From contig OY740800.1 of NCBI GenBank assembly GCA_963514005.1, positions 31,000,001 through 31,064,000 of the forward strand: DNA of 64,000 nt, read 5' to 3'. Numbering within the stretch: the stretch's first letter is position 1; each line of letters opens with the position of its first letter. The DNA is from Raja brachyura (lineage: Eukaryota). The position numbers and the translations under genes are program-made. This document shows, piece after piece, positions 51,431-64,000 of this stretch. The notes below the pieces were generated by a model, which was not told the DNA's origin, made no database searches, and saw only the letters and a list, made by a program, of their open reading frames with translations.

Positions 51431-51878
51431 AGGAAGTTAGAAGCACAAAATAAAACATGCCCATTGTATTCTAGAGCAAAAACTGCAGTTCAATGAGAAG
51501 TCACTTTGTTTTGGAGAAATCTGCTTTAGTATATTTGTAAAAAGTTGCCTCAGTTAATCTAAGAAATGATGTCTATATACTGTCGACTTTTTTCAGTAAA
51601 AAAAAACAATTGCTTCGTTTTACACTAAAGTGCTTTACATTCTATAGAATTGACTGAATAATCTGGTTCAAAAACAACTTCAATACATCTTTAGTGGTGT
51701 GTGAACCTGGTCCAGGTGCTACTCAAAACAAATTCCATGAGAAAGATAACCTAATTTGTGTCTTGATGACCCAGGCTGAAAGCCATACTGTCAATCAAAA
51801 ATCCTGACAAACTTAAAATGGACGATTCCTCAGATTTGCAAAAGCTTAGGAATTGTCCACTTGGAAGATAGTAGCTTG

Positions 51879-52024
51879 AGATTGTTTGTTATGGTCAAGT
51901 GTCTAATACTTCCACTTAGTGACTGGAATTACAAAAGGAATGCTATTATAAGATTGTTTGTTATGGTCAAGTGTTTAATACTTCCGCTTAGCGACTGAAA
52001 TTACAAAAAAAAATTGCTATTATA
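51879..52024. repeat. Tandem duplication of a 72-74 bp unit
   Basis: agattgtttgttatggtcaagtgt...tgctattata at 51879-51950 and 51951-52024. Confidence 0.93.
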
Positions 52025-52683
52025 ATAGTATTATCCTCGGAGGAGTGCTCATAGCTACACTTCCCGTCATGAAAATGAATAAAACTTCCATAAGCCTACA
52101 AAAGCACAGCAAAGTACAGCTGGTAACGCAACTTGCCTAAAGCAAAACATATTTTTCAAAAATGCAATTTAACGTGGTCAATGCTTACAATACCTTCAGG
52201 CTCCTTTCACAAGTGGCATGGAAAGAAATATTGTGGGCAGCAAGAGCAGCGCCAACATTTCACAGCAGCTCATAACTGTAATAAAAATGCTCATGAGGTT
52301 TTTATGTGTACTTTCTCATATGAAATTCACTGCTAAGTGAATAATATACCAAATTGTAGAATTTGGCTTTTCTTTTTAAAACGGACCAAATTGGCCAGCA
52401 GCTGCAGTGAGATATTAATTGAATTAACAAGATGGCACATGGAATTCATTCTAGATGTGCATTTGGCCAAAGCAGGCTAAATAAATAATTGAGGCATAAA
52501 GAGACACAAAACGTTTGTGATGTATATAGATAGATTATTTGTAGAAACCAAACAGATAATCTAAATGGCTACTTTCATTAGCTGAGGAGTAGAACAGAGG
52601 TAGGGAGGCAATATCTGAACTGTGTGGAGCATAGATGGTCACTACATGCAGCAAGCATATAGTGACAGTTTTATGCATGAATA

Positions 52684-54862
52684 CAGAGACTGCAGATGCT
52701 GGAATCAGGATCAATCAGTGGAGGAACCCACAAAGTGGGTTGGCCAGCTTCTGTGAAGGGTTGAGGCCCTGCATCAAGACTGAGACCAGAGAGACAATAG
52801 GCAGTATAAAGAGGAGAGGGGGAGTGGCGAGTCAGAGGCGGGAAGGTGATAGATGAACCAAGGAGGAATGAGGGATGAAGGGCAGGAGTCGGTTGGGGGA
52901 AGAAGAAGGTGGAGACACAGACTGGACAGCGACAAATGGGAACAAAATAAGTTGATAACGGGAATCATTCAAGGGCGGGATGGGCAGATGGAACCACGTG
53001 GGGAAGGGGATCGAGTGTATGGATAAGAGAACAGAAAAGGGAGGGCCAAGTATGGATTGGAAAGGGAGAGGGGGAAAAAAACCCCACAGGGATTAATGTT
53101 GACCTAATTTGGAAAATATAACATTCATAACATTGGGTTGTAGACTACAGAGGCAGAACACAAAGTGCTGTTCCTCTCATATACATTTATTCTCACCCTG
53201 TCATTAGAGAAGGCCGAGGATAGACAGGTCGATGATGGAATGGAAAGGGAAATTCAAATGGCAAGAGCTCAGGATGGCCGTCGTCTAATCTGCATTTGAT
53301 CTTGCAAGTGTCGGGAAGGCCACACCAAGAACGGCATATGCAATAAACGAGGTTCGAAGAGGTTGATGCAAATCTCTGCATCACCTCAAGGAGCAGATTC
53401 AGTTCCTGATGTTGGCATGATTGAAGTGTGGGAAATAGTGGTGTACCTCCTATGATTGTGGAATCAAGTGCTGTGGGCCGGCTGAAGAGGGATTTGATCA
53501 TAATGGAATTTCAGGGAGAAATTGCATTCTGTGCAGAAGACAGAAAGGGACCGGGTATGGGAAGATACGACGTGGTGGGATCCCATTGCAGCTGGCAGAA
53601 ATGACCATGGCTTATGTGGTTGATGCAGTGGCTTGTATGGAAAAAGGTGAAGAGGTGGCATGAGAGCACAAGTCTTGGAAACAAAGTAAGCTTGAGAGAT
53701 GGCTCCATCAACCACAATAAGCCACATTAAGGAAATATGACATTTTGGATGTCCTGTAATGAAAGGCCTTGTTAAGAGCAGAGATACACGCAGTGAAAGG
53801 AATCCCGGTGAGCCGCAGCTGTATCCCAATGACCGGCCTGACTTGCCTCCCGCGGAACCCGTCTGGAGAGAGAAGCCCAGCGAGTCAATGGCAGGTCAAA
53901 CTTGCACACTGTGGAACCGGAAACCTGCTCAGAGAGGATATGGGGGAGACTGCAGCGGACACTGGGTAACGAACTCAGCAAGAAGAAACGGGGGGGGGTC
54001 TTACCTCCTGCGCCCTCAAGTTCAGCTGCGGGAGGCACCCCCAAGGAACAAGGGTTGAAGAGGGCCGGAATTGAGGCGATGGCTGTAATAGGCCTTTGTG
54101 GCCAGCTGCAGCCGAGACTGCAAAAAGGTGCCTCTTGCTCATAGTCTCAATGGGCTGCTCTGTACTTATCGGGGGATTGTGCTTATGTATGGTGATGGTC
54201 TTGCTGAGATGTCGCAAAACAAGTATTTCACTGTACCTTGATACAGAAATCATTGAACCACAGTAGAGATGGAGAAATGGTTGGCATCCTTACAAACGAC
54301 AGGATGGGAAGTGGTGCAGTCAGTGGGGTTACAGTGAATTCCGTGGATAGTTTGCCTCCTGTGATGGAAACAGGTGTATAAAATGTAGAGAAGTGCCGCA
54401 ATGGGTCCAAGTGAATTTGGGAGCATTGTGATTGTAAGTAGCAAAATAATAACATTGGCAAGTTTTACAGAGTGTAGTAAGCAACAACAATGCAGTTTTT
54501 GTAATGGAGAAAGAGTTGGAGTGGTATCAAAGAATAGGAAGAGGGGCTGTTTCATGTAGCCAATGAAAAGACCGGCATAGCAGGGTCCCAGATGAGTATC
54601 TGGATGCGAGAGGAATCAAAAGAAAGATGTCCAGGGCAAGAACAAGTTTTGCCAGACAAATTAGAGTGCTGGCGGAGAGGAATTGGTTGGTTATTTGTTG
54701 CAGAAAGCAGAGGACTTGAAGAGATTCCTGATGGGGCATAGAAATGTAGAAGCACTGGAGATCTACAGTGAAGATGAGGCATTGGAAGGCAGGAGATCCA
54801 TAGTTGTTAAAATGATGGAGAATATGTGCGGTGTCCTGGATGTAGGTGGGAAGAGACATGCA
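52684..54862 (-). mobile_element. Decayed Penelope-like element (RT, GIY-YIG remnant, pLTR), interrupted at about 53760-54258
   Basis: ORF 54527 includes SLPTYIQDT and IFTVDLQ.FY.SMPH (RT). ORF 53193 includes TSSNLVYCI...CGL (GIY-YIG region). pLTR-like sequence lies at 52684-52790. Confidence 0.82.
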
Positions 54863-55263
54863 CTTTAGGGCTGGGGAATGGTAGTCCTGAGGAAAACTGA
54901 AAAGATCAGGATTGTTTACTTTGTATTTGGATACAGCAGAATATTTATAAGGCCTATAAAATTGAATGGTCAGTTAACATACATGTATATCAGCTGGGCA
55001 GCTAATAATCAAGGACATCATATAAATTAGTTGGTTCAAATTTGAAAGAAAAGATGGTAAAACCTATTTAGCAAGATGGAGGTGAAAGCATGGGACTCAC
55101 TATTTAGAAAAGGATTAAAGGATTGTTTGTAGACAAATATGCTGGAGAAACTCAGCGGGTGAGGCAGCATCTATGGCGCGAAGGAAATAGGCAACGTTTC
55201 GGGTTGAAACCCTTCAAAATGTGAGGGGGTGGGGGAAGAGATTGATTTCCTGGTTTCTACTTA

Positions 55264-55753
55264 ATGGCCTGTCCCACCAGCATGTGATTGCATGCGGCTA
55301 GCGCGACCTAACGTGGTCGTTCGAACCGTATGGCCTCACGGTCCCACTTCGATCGCCGGAGGTGTATGGAGTTGTGCGGGGCTGGTCCCGACATCGCACG
55401 GGGCTCCGAAAAACTGACACTGTTCAAAAATCCCGCGCACCAACGGCCTGTTGGCCCGCAGCCGCATTGAAGACGTACGCAGCGTCTCTACGTCGTACGC
55501 AGAGTCTTGACGGCGTACGCCTAGCACGTGGCGTTTCGCGATGACGTCACCAGCCAACGCCGTGCGACGTCCAAATTCAGTCGGCCCGCCTCCTGCCCAG
55601 CTGATTGGCGAGTATGATGTCGGAACCAGCCCCGCACATCTCCATACGCCTCCGCGGTTCGAATTGGGACCATCCCCGCGAGACCGTACATTTCAAGCGA
55701 CCACGTTTGGTCGCGCTAGATGCATGCAAACGTATGCTGGTGGGACAGGCACT
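55264..55753. mobile_element. PIF/Harbinger-like MITE, GC/CpG-rich, long TIRs
   Basis: TTA|ATGGCCTGTCCCACCAGCAT...ATGCTGGTGGGACAGGCACT|TTA. TSD is TTA. Inverted arms are about 135 bp. Confidence 0.88.
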
Positions 55754-56339
55754 TTACACACTGGAAATGAAGTGCCTTAATCTCCAAAGCTAAAATTGGG
55801 ATGCAATTTCTTTCCTACCTCCCCTTACCCCACATACAAACAAAATGCACTAAAACAATATATTTTGTAAATGCTATGATTCTGTGAAACTAAACATTAC
55901 ATAAACTTGGCAGCTCTTATATATTTAAAGGCTTATATAATACAACATGAAACGCATCTGCACGGCTCATGCATCTCCCTAACATCAGAAAGTTATCAAA
56001 CCGTCAGAACAAAAGGACAGTTATTATTTCCATGTAACACAAGCCGAGTGGAGTTAGAGACATAACAGGAACTCTCTCCACTGAGTATCAATAGCGTTAA
56101 GGAAAGAAGAAATTGTGGCCAAATAAAAGCTGCCAGTTCTGGTACAGCCACTTGTACAAGATTTGCATCATACTGAAGTCTTCCCTGCAGAATTAACACT
56201 TTGGTTGCACCTTGCTTATGGCAATAACAGGACAGTTAAGCTGTAATTTAAGGTACAGCTGCAACTTATGTATAGCATTGGTTTGCAATGAGACTTCATT
56301 GTACATCAAGCAGGGAAAAAACACCAGCTCAAAAATAGG

Positions 56340-57290
56340 AAAGTACAGCACAGAAACAGGCCCTTTGGGCCCCGTGTCTGTTTCACACCCGATGCTAAAC
56401 TAATCTCTGCCTGCACGTGATACACATTCCTCCATATTCATGTACCCATCTAAAAGCTCTTAAACACCACTATGGTATCTGGCTCCATTATCATCCACAG
56501 CTAAACGTTCTAGTCAATCACCACCCCCGGTGTGAAAATACGTGACCCGCATATATCCTATAAACTTTATTTCCTTATCACCTTTAAGTTTTTACCTCTA
56601 GTCTTTGACATTTGCACCCCGGGAAAGAGGTTCTGACAGTCTACCCTTTCTAGGCTCTGGGTATATAAAAGTATTTCATATACTTCTATCAGGTCTCCTC
56701 TCAACCTCTGGCGTTCCAGAGAAAACAATCCACGTCTGTGCAACTTCTGCTTATAGATAATCTTCTCTAGTCCAAGCAGCATTCTGGTAAATCCTCTCCA
56801 AAGCCTCCACATTCTTACTGTAACGGGGTGCCCAGAACTGTACACAATACTCCAAATACAGCCCAACCAAAATCCTCTAAATTTGCATCATGACTTTGTG
56901 ACTCTTGAACTGAAGGCCCTGATTGATGAAAGAAAGTAGATCACATACCTTATTTACCAACTTGTAGTGCCATTTATTAGGAAGTTATGGGCTTAAACTT
57001 TAAAATCCCTCTGTACATCAATGGTGTTTCCATTAACTGCATACACACCCTTTACATTTGACCTCCCAAAGTGCAGCACCTCACACTGTTCTGATTAAAC
57101 TCTATCTGCCATTTTTCTGTCCATTTCTGTAGCAGAACTATCTCTTGTGGCACACGTTGACAACATTCCCCACAGTCCTTAACTCCAGCAACCATGGTGT
57201 CACCTGCTAACTTATGAACCAATCCCTTTATATTTATGTCTAAGTTATTTATATTTACATCACAAACAGAGGTCCTAATACAGAACCCAA
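56340..57290 (-). mobile_element. CR1 LINE 3' fragment
   Basis: ORFs 56567 (GLFSLERQRLRGDLIEVY) and 57052 (KLAGDT, KWQIEFN). Confidence 0.88.
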
Positions 57291-57514
57291 ATGGCCACAG
57301 TGATCCAGCCTGTGCAATCCCCACATTTCTGTTACATTGTCCTTTCCAATTTGCTGTAACAAGTGGAAATCTCAACATTGAAGGAGAAAGGATTATGGTT
57401 CAGACAGAGAGTGCTTTGCCATAATTTGTGGTAAGGAGAGCAGAAATCAAACAAGAACTATGGCCTAACAGAATCCACAACATCAGCAGTATCAGTTATC
57501 TACAATGCCAGTTG

Positions 57515-57797
57515 TCCCGCCGCAAATTGGAGGAGCAGCACCTCATATTTTGCTTGGATAGTTTACACCAGAGGTATTGACTTCTCCAATTTCAGGTAGT
57601 CCTTGCTTTCTCCCTCCTTCCCCTCCCCAGCTCTCCCACTGTCTCCACCTCTTCCTTTCTTCTTCTTCCCCTCCCCCACCCCAGTCTGAAGAAACTTCAC
57701 CTGTTCCTTCGCTCCATAGATGCTGCCTCACCCGCTGAGTTTCTCCAGGATTTTTGTCTACCTTCGATTTTCCCAGCATCTGCAGTTCTTTCTTAAA
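57515..57797 (+). mobile_element. Penelope-like 3' end (GIY-YIG C-terminus plus pLTR)
   Basis: KLEEQHLIFCLDSLH...IDFSNFR*, then a pyrimidine-rich pLTR ending gatgctgcctcacccgctgagtttctccag. Confidence 0.78.
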
Positions 57798-58042
57798 CAG
57801 TTGTCTATCACAATCAGGTCAATTTTTTTTTTTTTTTTTTTTAAACAGATCGGACCAGTTTATAAATTTAGGAATCATAAAAAGACACTTTTATCACATA
57901 GTTTAGGGTAAAGTGGTGTACTTAAGTCAAGACTGAATTGGACCAATGTATCTGAGCAGGAAAGGAAGGAATGCTTGTGGATTAACATAAATATAAAGAA
58001 AAAAAATGCAGGCCATTGCAGCCTGGCCAGTACTGTACTTAC

Positions 58043-58176
58043 GCATCATACCTCTGCTGTGTAACTATTTTGTTCTTATTTTTGTCGACTGTGCTGGACG
58101 ACTGGTGTAAAAAGTTGGGATTCATTTTATAAAGTTCTTGGAGCAGCTTCTGTTCATATTCTTGATGTTTCCCTGC
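58043..58176 (-). CDS. CNOT4: CNOT4 exon (AGKHQEYEQKLLQELYKMNPNFLHQSSSTVDKNKNKIVTQQR[YDA]); alternative donor ends at 58052
   Basis: Read manually, not in the ORF track. Acceptor ctctgcag|GCA. Two donors 9 nt apart: AG|gtatga (end 58052) and GC|gtaagt (end 58043), both phase 2. Confidence 0.95.
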
Positions 58177-60179
58177 CTGCAGAGGACATTAAATGTAAAT
58201 TAAGAAGTGCAAGGACAGTAAAATAGCACAAAGCACACGAGCATTCATACCCATGATTAAGATGATGAAGTTACGTGTGCGTGTGTGTGCGCGTGTGTGG
58301 ATTTAACTCCCCACCCAAGAATGAAAGGATCATATCAAGAAATTAATTGGAAGAGGAATAAGCTCTTTCAGCTCAAAAAGTATTCACTCAGTTTAAACTG
58401 ATTTTCTAACCAAACTGCTTTCCACAGCACTCCAAAATCTTCAAGAGCTGCTAAGTCTTCATTCCATCCACTTGATACATTTGATAATTAAACTTTTCCA
58501 TTGGCATTGTTAGTGAGGCTGGAATTTAATCGCTCATCACCCATTGACCTGAAGGTGGCAGTAGTGATCCACATTCTTAAATAGCTCCAAATAGTCAAAC
58601 TGATATATGTTATAGCTCCAGAATTTGCTGGATAAAACCCAATTACAGTGAACAAACAAGATGAGGTTTCTAAGTCAGGATGGGGTGAGACCTGATGGAC
58701 AACTTTTAGGTAGTGGCATTGCCATGGACTTGCTGTAATTTCACTCGAGTTTGTGGGGTTTGTGGTGTGGGGATACTTCCCCAGGCTTTACAAACTGTAC
58801 ACTCCATTCCTCATATAGTTTGAGGTGCACTCAAGGCAAATGATGGTCACAATCCTGACAGCTGCCTTTCCCTTAATGGAAAGGTTTGAGAGTCAGGTAG
58901 TCAATCACTTTGCAGAATACCCAACTACCGAATTGCTTGCCTGGCAGCTCAGAGTTCATAATTGGGCCACTGGTAACACTAATTTATGAGCGTGGGGAAT
59001 ATAGCAAGAGGAAAGCAAGTGCATATCATCAATGGTGCCAACACTAATGTATTGCTCATAGTTACAGCCTGGGATTGGTAAAAGGCTAAATATTGCCTTG
59101 GTTATTACAAATTGTGTTATCAGAGTTTCAAATGTTAATGCAAAGCTCAGTAAACTTCATTTCAGATCTTGTAACCAAAAATATCTCAATAATAACAAAT
59201 TAAAGACAATATGTACTTAGCCACTGCCCTGACCAACTCATGCCATGCTGATCATATCAACCAATGACCACAATCATTTTCCTTGGTGCGTTGTACGACT
59301 AGTTTTACCTGGGCTCTTGATCTCGTCTGTGGTCAAATACTGCTTTTGTGTTAAGGACATTCGCTCATTTCTGGAACCAAGCAAGTTGGTCATCATTGAG
59401 ACCAAGGATATACTGAGATAAAGTCTGGAATAAAGTGATCTTGGTGGAATTGAAATCTTGGGCGAGTCTCATTTGGTAGTACAATTAACTACAATTTCCA
59501 TTACTTTGGAAATAACCTTATAGATTCATTACATTATTGACGATGGGCAATAAACACCGACCTTGCAGACATATCCACATCCCCAAAAGAATAAAGAGCA
59601 ATGGCAATTAGTTGGGTTGGATTTGTCCTAATTTTTATGGTGCTGTTCATTAAACACCAGTAGTGTTTATCTCCTTGAGAATATACATCCCATCCATGGT
59701 AAACGCAAAAAGCTGGAGTAACTCAGCGGGTCAGACAGCATCTCTGGGGAAAAGGAATAGGTTTTGGGTCACGACCCTTCCCATCCATGGTATGTGGCAA
59801 ACATGATGCTTCACTAGAAATAAACCAGCTCTGGAAACAATAACTGTTCATCTTGGTTTGTGCTGAACATATGCCCAAGTGACTCAACTCTTGTTTGTGT
59901 GCGTGAAGTACACATCCAGACCCAGTCACTGCTTGAAACCATAAATGTGGCCTTCACTTTTAGTATCAGTATTTTCTATTATTGGCACTCATACCAAGAT
60001 ACAGTGAAAATCTTTGGGTTTGTGTGCTGTCCTGGTAAATTATACCAGACACAAGAACATCAGTAGCCCAGAAGTAAAAATAAACAGTGCACAATGGTGT
60101 TACAGAAAATTAAAAAGTACAGATGAAGTGTACAAGGACTACACCAAGGTAGATTGAAAGATCGGGGAGTCATCCTTAG

Positions 60180-61325
60180 CATTTGGAGCATAAAATTATT
60201 AGAGGCATACACAGGGCAGGCAGTGAAAATCATTTTAGTCCAGGATGGAAATGTCAAAGGCTGGAGGGCATAGCTTTAAGGGGGAAGGGACAAAATGTAA
60301 ACAGTCGTGGGTGCCTGGAACACGCTTTCATGGATTTGATAAGGTGCATCACCAGAGGCGACACAAGGCCTATGGTACTGGAAGCAAATTACTAGCATGG
60401 ATTGAAGATTGGCTGACTAGCAGAAGGCAAGAGTAGGAATAAAGGGTTTTTTTTCTGGTTAGCTGCTGGTGACTAGCAGTGATCCACAGGGGTTGGTGTT
60501 GGTGTTGGCGTTGGATTCACTACTTTTCACGTTATATGTTAATGATCTGGATGATAGCGTAGCAAATTGTACAGTTATGCACTTTGGTTGGAGGAATAAA
60601 GGCAGCTGGTGAGGCTACATGTGGAATATTGTGAGCAGTTTTGGGACCCATGACTGAAGAAGGAAGTGCTGGTGTTGTAGAGGGCCAGAGGAGGTTCACA
60701 AGAATGATCCCAGAGTTAACATGTGGAACATTTGATGGCTCTGGCCGTACTCTCTGATGGTTTAGAATGATGAGGGGAATGTCATTGAAACCTACCAAAT
60801 AATGAAAGGCCTAGATAGGATGGACGTGGGAAGATGTTTCCAGTAATGGTAGAGTTTAGAACTAGAGGGCAGAGCCTCCGAATAAAAGGATGTACATTCA
60901 AAATGACGATGAGGAAGAATATATTTCGCTGGAGGGTGGTACAACTGTGGAAATCATTGCTACGGTGTCTGTGAAGGCCAAGACACTTGGTATTTTGATA
61001 GGTTGATAGGATTGATAGGTTCTTGATGAGCAAGGGTGTCATAGTTTACAGGGATAAGGCAGGAGAATGTGGTTGAAGGGCAAAAAGATCAGCCATGATG
61101 GAATGGCAGGGTAGACTCAATGGGCCAAATGGCCTAATTCTGCTCTCATGTCTTATTGTCGTGGAGGCAGATACTCTGTATTTAAGAAGCTTTTAGATAA
61201 GCACATGGATACGCAGGTAATCGAGGGATATGGATCAAGCACACAGGGAGATTAACTTAAATTGGCACCATGTTCAGCACAGATATTGTGGACCAAAGGA
61301 CCCGTTCCTGTGCTGTACTATCTTA
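60180..61325 (+). mobile_element. Nested CR1 fragments
   Basis: FDKVHH, LAWIEDWLTSRRQ and two CR1 3' UTRs. Confidence 0.8.
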
Positions 61326-62409
61326 TGTCAAAAGAAGCTCATCCACTTGAAGTGAAAATATACAATACAGTTTGTAAATCTGACACGTACATCAATCAAA
61401 GAAAATAATAAGCTAGTTCCAACATGCACTGAAGGAATTTCGATTCACATCTCAAATCAAGAAAGCATATTAATCTGCAACAGCTAACATTAATTCAAAT
61501 GTTCTCAAATTTGTAAATGTACACCCCAAAAACAACAGTTAAACAAGATGATCTGAATATGCATTGCCTTGTGCTTTAAAAAAAATCTACGCACAGAAGA
61601 CTGATAAAAATGAAATACAGGTGTCCACTTGAGGGCACTGGTCTAAATTACTTATCAGAGGATAATAATCATAATTCTCATGAGCAAGTATGACCTATTG
61701 CTTACACTTCACATTCAAATCTGAAAGATGGCTTTGAAAGCAATTCTAAACCAAAATTGATAAACTGCAATTTATTATAAATTGACATCAGGGTCATTCT
61801 TTGTTTTACCAGAATAAATCCCAAGCAATGTAAAAAATAGTTATTTAAAATCAATAAACATATTTTTGTCTGGAGGAAACAGTTCACCATTTACTCTAAT
61901 TTTGAAAGATACATTATTTAATTGATAAAGGATTATATTATTGCAGAAAGACACATTTTAAAAGAAATAAAGGATGTGAAATTCAGATTTAACTGATTTT
62001 GCAGGGTGAGTAATCTCATCATTTTCTTAGATAGCTCACTAATCCTTTATTATATACAGAACAGCATACAATTCTAAGCCTCACATTGTTCGTTGAACTT
62101 TACATATGATGGATAAAAGTTCAAATGTTTTTCCTACAGTAAATTAAGATAATGACAGAAATACAATACTTTGTTTAAAATTTCAAAACAGGGACCTTGT
62201 CAGACAAATACTTGCCCTGAAGAAATAAAAACATGGCTGGAAACGCTCAGAATCTGATATTGTGATACTTTCTCTCTCCCGCCCACACAGGTGCTGCCTG
62301 ACCTGCTGCATATATCCCCACCATTTCAGACTGCCATCACTTGAAATGTTCTGATTTTTAGTGGACTTCATGAGAACGTCGCCCATTTTCTTAAAGATGG
62401 TGAACCTAC

Positions 62410-62535
62410 CTGCATCTCTTCTTTCGTAAAGCTGGCTGCTTCATCCCCTAGCTCATGCAAGTACATACAGTCTGGTTTAGGACATTGCATGTTCTTTAGG
62501 AAATAACTGCAATATTTTGTTGTGCCTAAAGATGC
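62410..62535 (-). CDS. CNOT4: CNOT4 exon, end of RRM plus C3H1 zinc finger (ASLGTTKYCSYFLKNMQCPKPDCMYLHELGDEAASFTKEEMQ)
   Basis: 126 nt, 42 codons. Acceptor ttctcccaag|GCA, donor CAG|gtaggt. Carries the C-x8-C-x4-C-x3-H zinc finger typical of CNOT4. Confidence 0.97.
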
Positions 62536-62649
62536 CTTGGGAGAAAGAAAAATGAAGTCAGTCATTGTAGACGCGTCAACACTTAATTATTCTTACCCAG
62601 CTGCAACTCTTACATGATTAAGATCAATCAAGAAACAGCTACAGTTTAA

Positions 62650-62924
62650 GAAAACGGGGAAAGCCATTTAGAACGGAGACGAGGAAACACTTTTTCTCAC
62701 AGAGTTGTGAGTCTGTGGAATTCTCTGCCTCAGAGGGCGGTGGAGGCAGGTTCTCTGGTTGCTGTCAAGAGAGCTAGATAGGGCTCTTAAAGATAGCGGA
62801 GTCAGGGGATATGGGGAGAAGGCAGGAACGGGGTACTGATTGGGGATGATCAGACATGATCACATTGAATGGCGGTGCTGGCTCAAAGGGCCGAATGGCC
62901 TACTCCTGCACCTATTGTCTATTG
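62650..62924 (+). mobile_element. Young CR1 3' end
   Basis: gagttgtgagtctgtggaattctctgcctcagagggcggtggagg...cctactcctgcacctattgtctattg. Confidence 0.87.
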
Positions 62925-63137
62925 CTATTAAATTGCATCATTTTTACTGTGTTGACAGGTTTGCATTACTGGTATTTGTTTGGTATAGGGTTAATAGTTT
63001 TCAGTTACGCAGCTGCTTCGAGGTTCAGTGCTTGCCAAGAGATGCATGCTGATTCTACGGACGAGAGTTGATCATCATAACACTATTCCCCCATTGGGCA
63101 CAGGTCAAGCAAACTGACCAGTGACTTGGCCGAAGGT

Positions 63138-63218
63138 AGACACAAAAAGCTGGAGTAACTCAGCGGGACAGGCAGCATCTCTGGAGCGAAGGTATGGGTG
63201 ACGTTTCGGGTCGAGACG
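63138..63218 (-). mobile_element. Penelope-like pLTR repeat, truncated
   Basis: Near-identical to the left arm of the 44817 element. Confidence 0.75.
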
Positions 63219-64000
63219 GCCGTTTTCATTTTAGCAAAAACTATATTTTTAGGAAGATGTTTTTTCTTGCGCAGAACAAGAGACTGAACCATATATAACG
63301 CAGATTTGGGTTTTGATGCAAAATCTTTATTTGAACATGCAAATACCAAATTCATATGACTAAAAACAAATTGAAAGGATACTTTGACAGCGCAGTTCTT
63401 CCTTCACTTAAAATAAAAGCTAGACTAACTCATAACAGCTTCTAACATCTCAAACAGATGTTAGGAGAATTAATCTTTTAACATATTAACAGTTTATACA
63501 TATGATTTACATAGAATTCTAAAACTTTCAAAAGTGAATTGGATGAATACCTGAGGTTGTACGGCCTTGGGGAAAAGTGGCATCTATTGGTGTTCTATTC
63601 CATGATACTCTACAGAAACGTAGAGACTTATGACTAACTTACATGGGTAAATTTTATCGACATATCAATTTACAGTGCTTTGTAAGTAATATTCTGGAAA
63701 TTATTTCAATAGCCAGCGATACAACTGGCAATTTATCTTTTATGAGCACCACAGGATACTCAAATAGTGCTCACAACTCAAAGCGGACAATTGTGCTTTG
63801 GCAATGATGTGTGTACATAAATCTTTATTGGAAACCATTCTGCTCTTTTCCATATGGCCTTTATCTCAGCGACTGCATGGTTGCTTATTTATTTCACAAT
63901 TTGATAGTTCATTTTGCGTTGGGTTGTTTGCACTGCAGTTATACAATACAAGGACCCTTGCAGATCTGAAAACATAGCATGCATTAATGTTCAAAGCAGG

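Larger units (their letters stand above)
4765..62535 (-). other. CNOT4: CNOT4 gene, partial (six coding exons plus introns; gene extends beyond both window edges)
   Basis: Exon translations match vertebrate CNOT4 in the expected order. All junctions are GT-AG and phases are consistent (0,2,0,1,1,1). Confidence 0.97.

Noticed and set aside
51879-52024. Direct repeat as a CRISPR-like array
   Set aside because: Only two adjacent units with no spacers or cas genes, in a vertebrate intron.

Overview
This is eukaryotic, repeat-rich genomic DNA, most likely from a cartilaginous fish (skate/ray-like, inferred from HE1/V-SINE, CR1, Penelope and Tc1 families). The whole window lies inside one minus-strand gene, CNOT4 (CCR4-NOT subunit 4, RING E3 ligase). 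Six phase-consistent GT-AG coding exons can be mapped: 62535-62410, 58176-58052/58043, 47801-47744, 42634-42382, 27494-26997 and 4971-4765. The RING/RRM exons lie beyond the right edge, and the last exon was not found (presumably beyond the left edge). The introns hold decayed TEs: three copies of one IR/DR-type Tc1 (DD34E), many CR1 fragments, Penelope-like remnants with hammerhead-like cores, Rex1-like, RTE-like and Vingi-like LINE pieces, V-SINEs, a Harbinger-like MITE and a hAT MITE. The most interesting signals are two long intronic inverted repeats not assignable to any TE, one overlapping a candidate alternative 3' splice site; several candidate truncating or alternative CNOT4 ends; a tandem 5' splice site; and a Tc1 that has captured an internal CR1 fragment in frame at its catalytic motif. 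No prokaryote-type system is present. Repeat family names come from motif recognition, not database searches.
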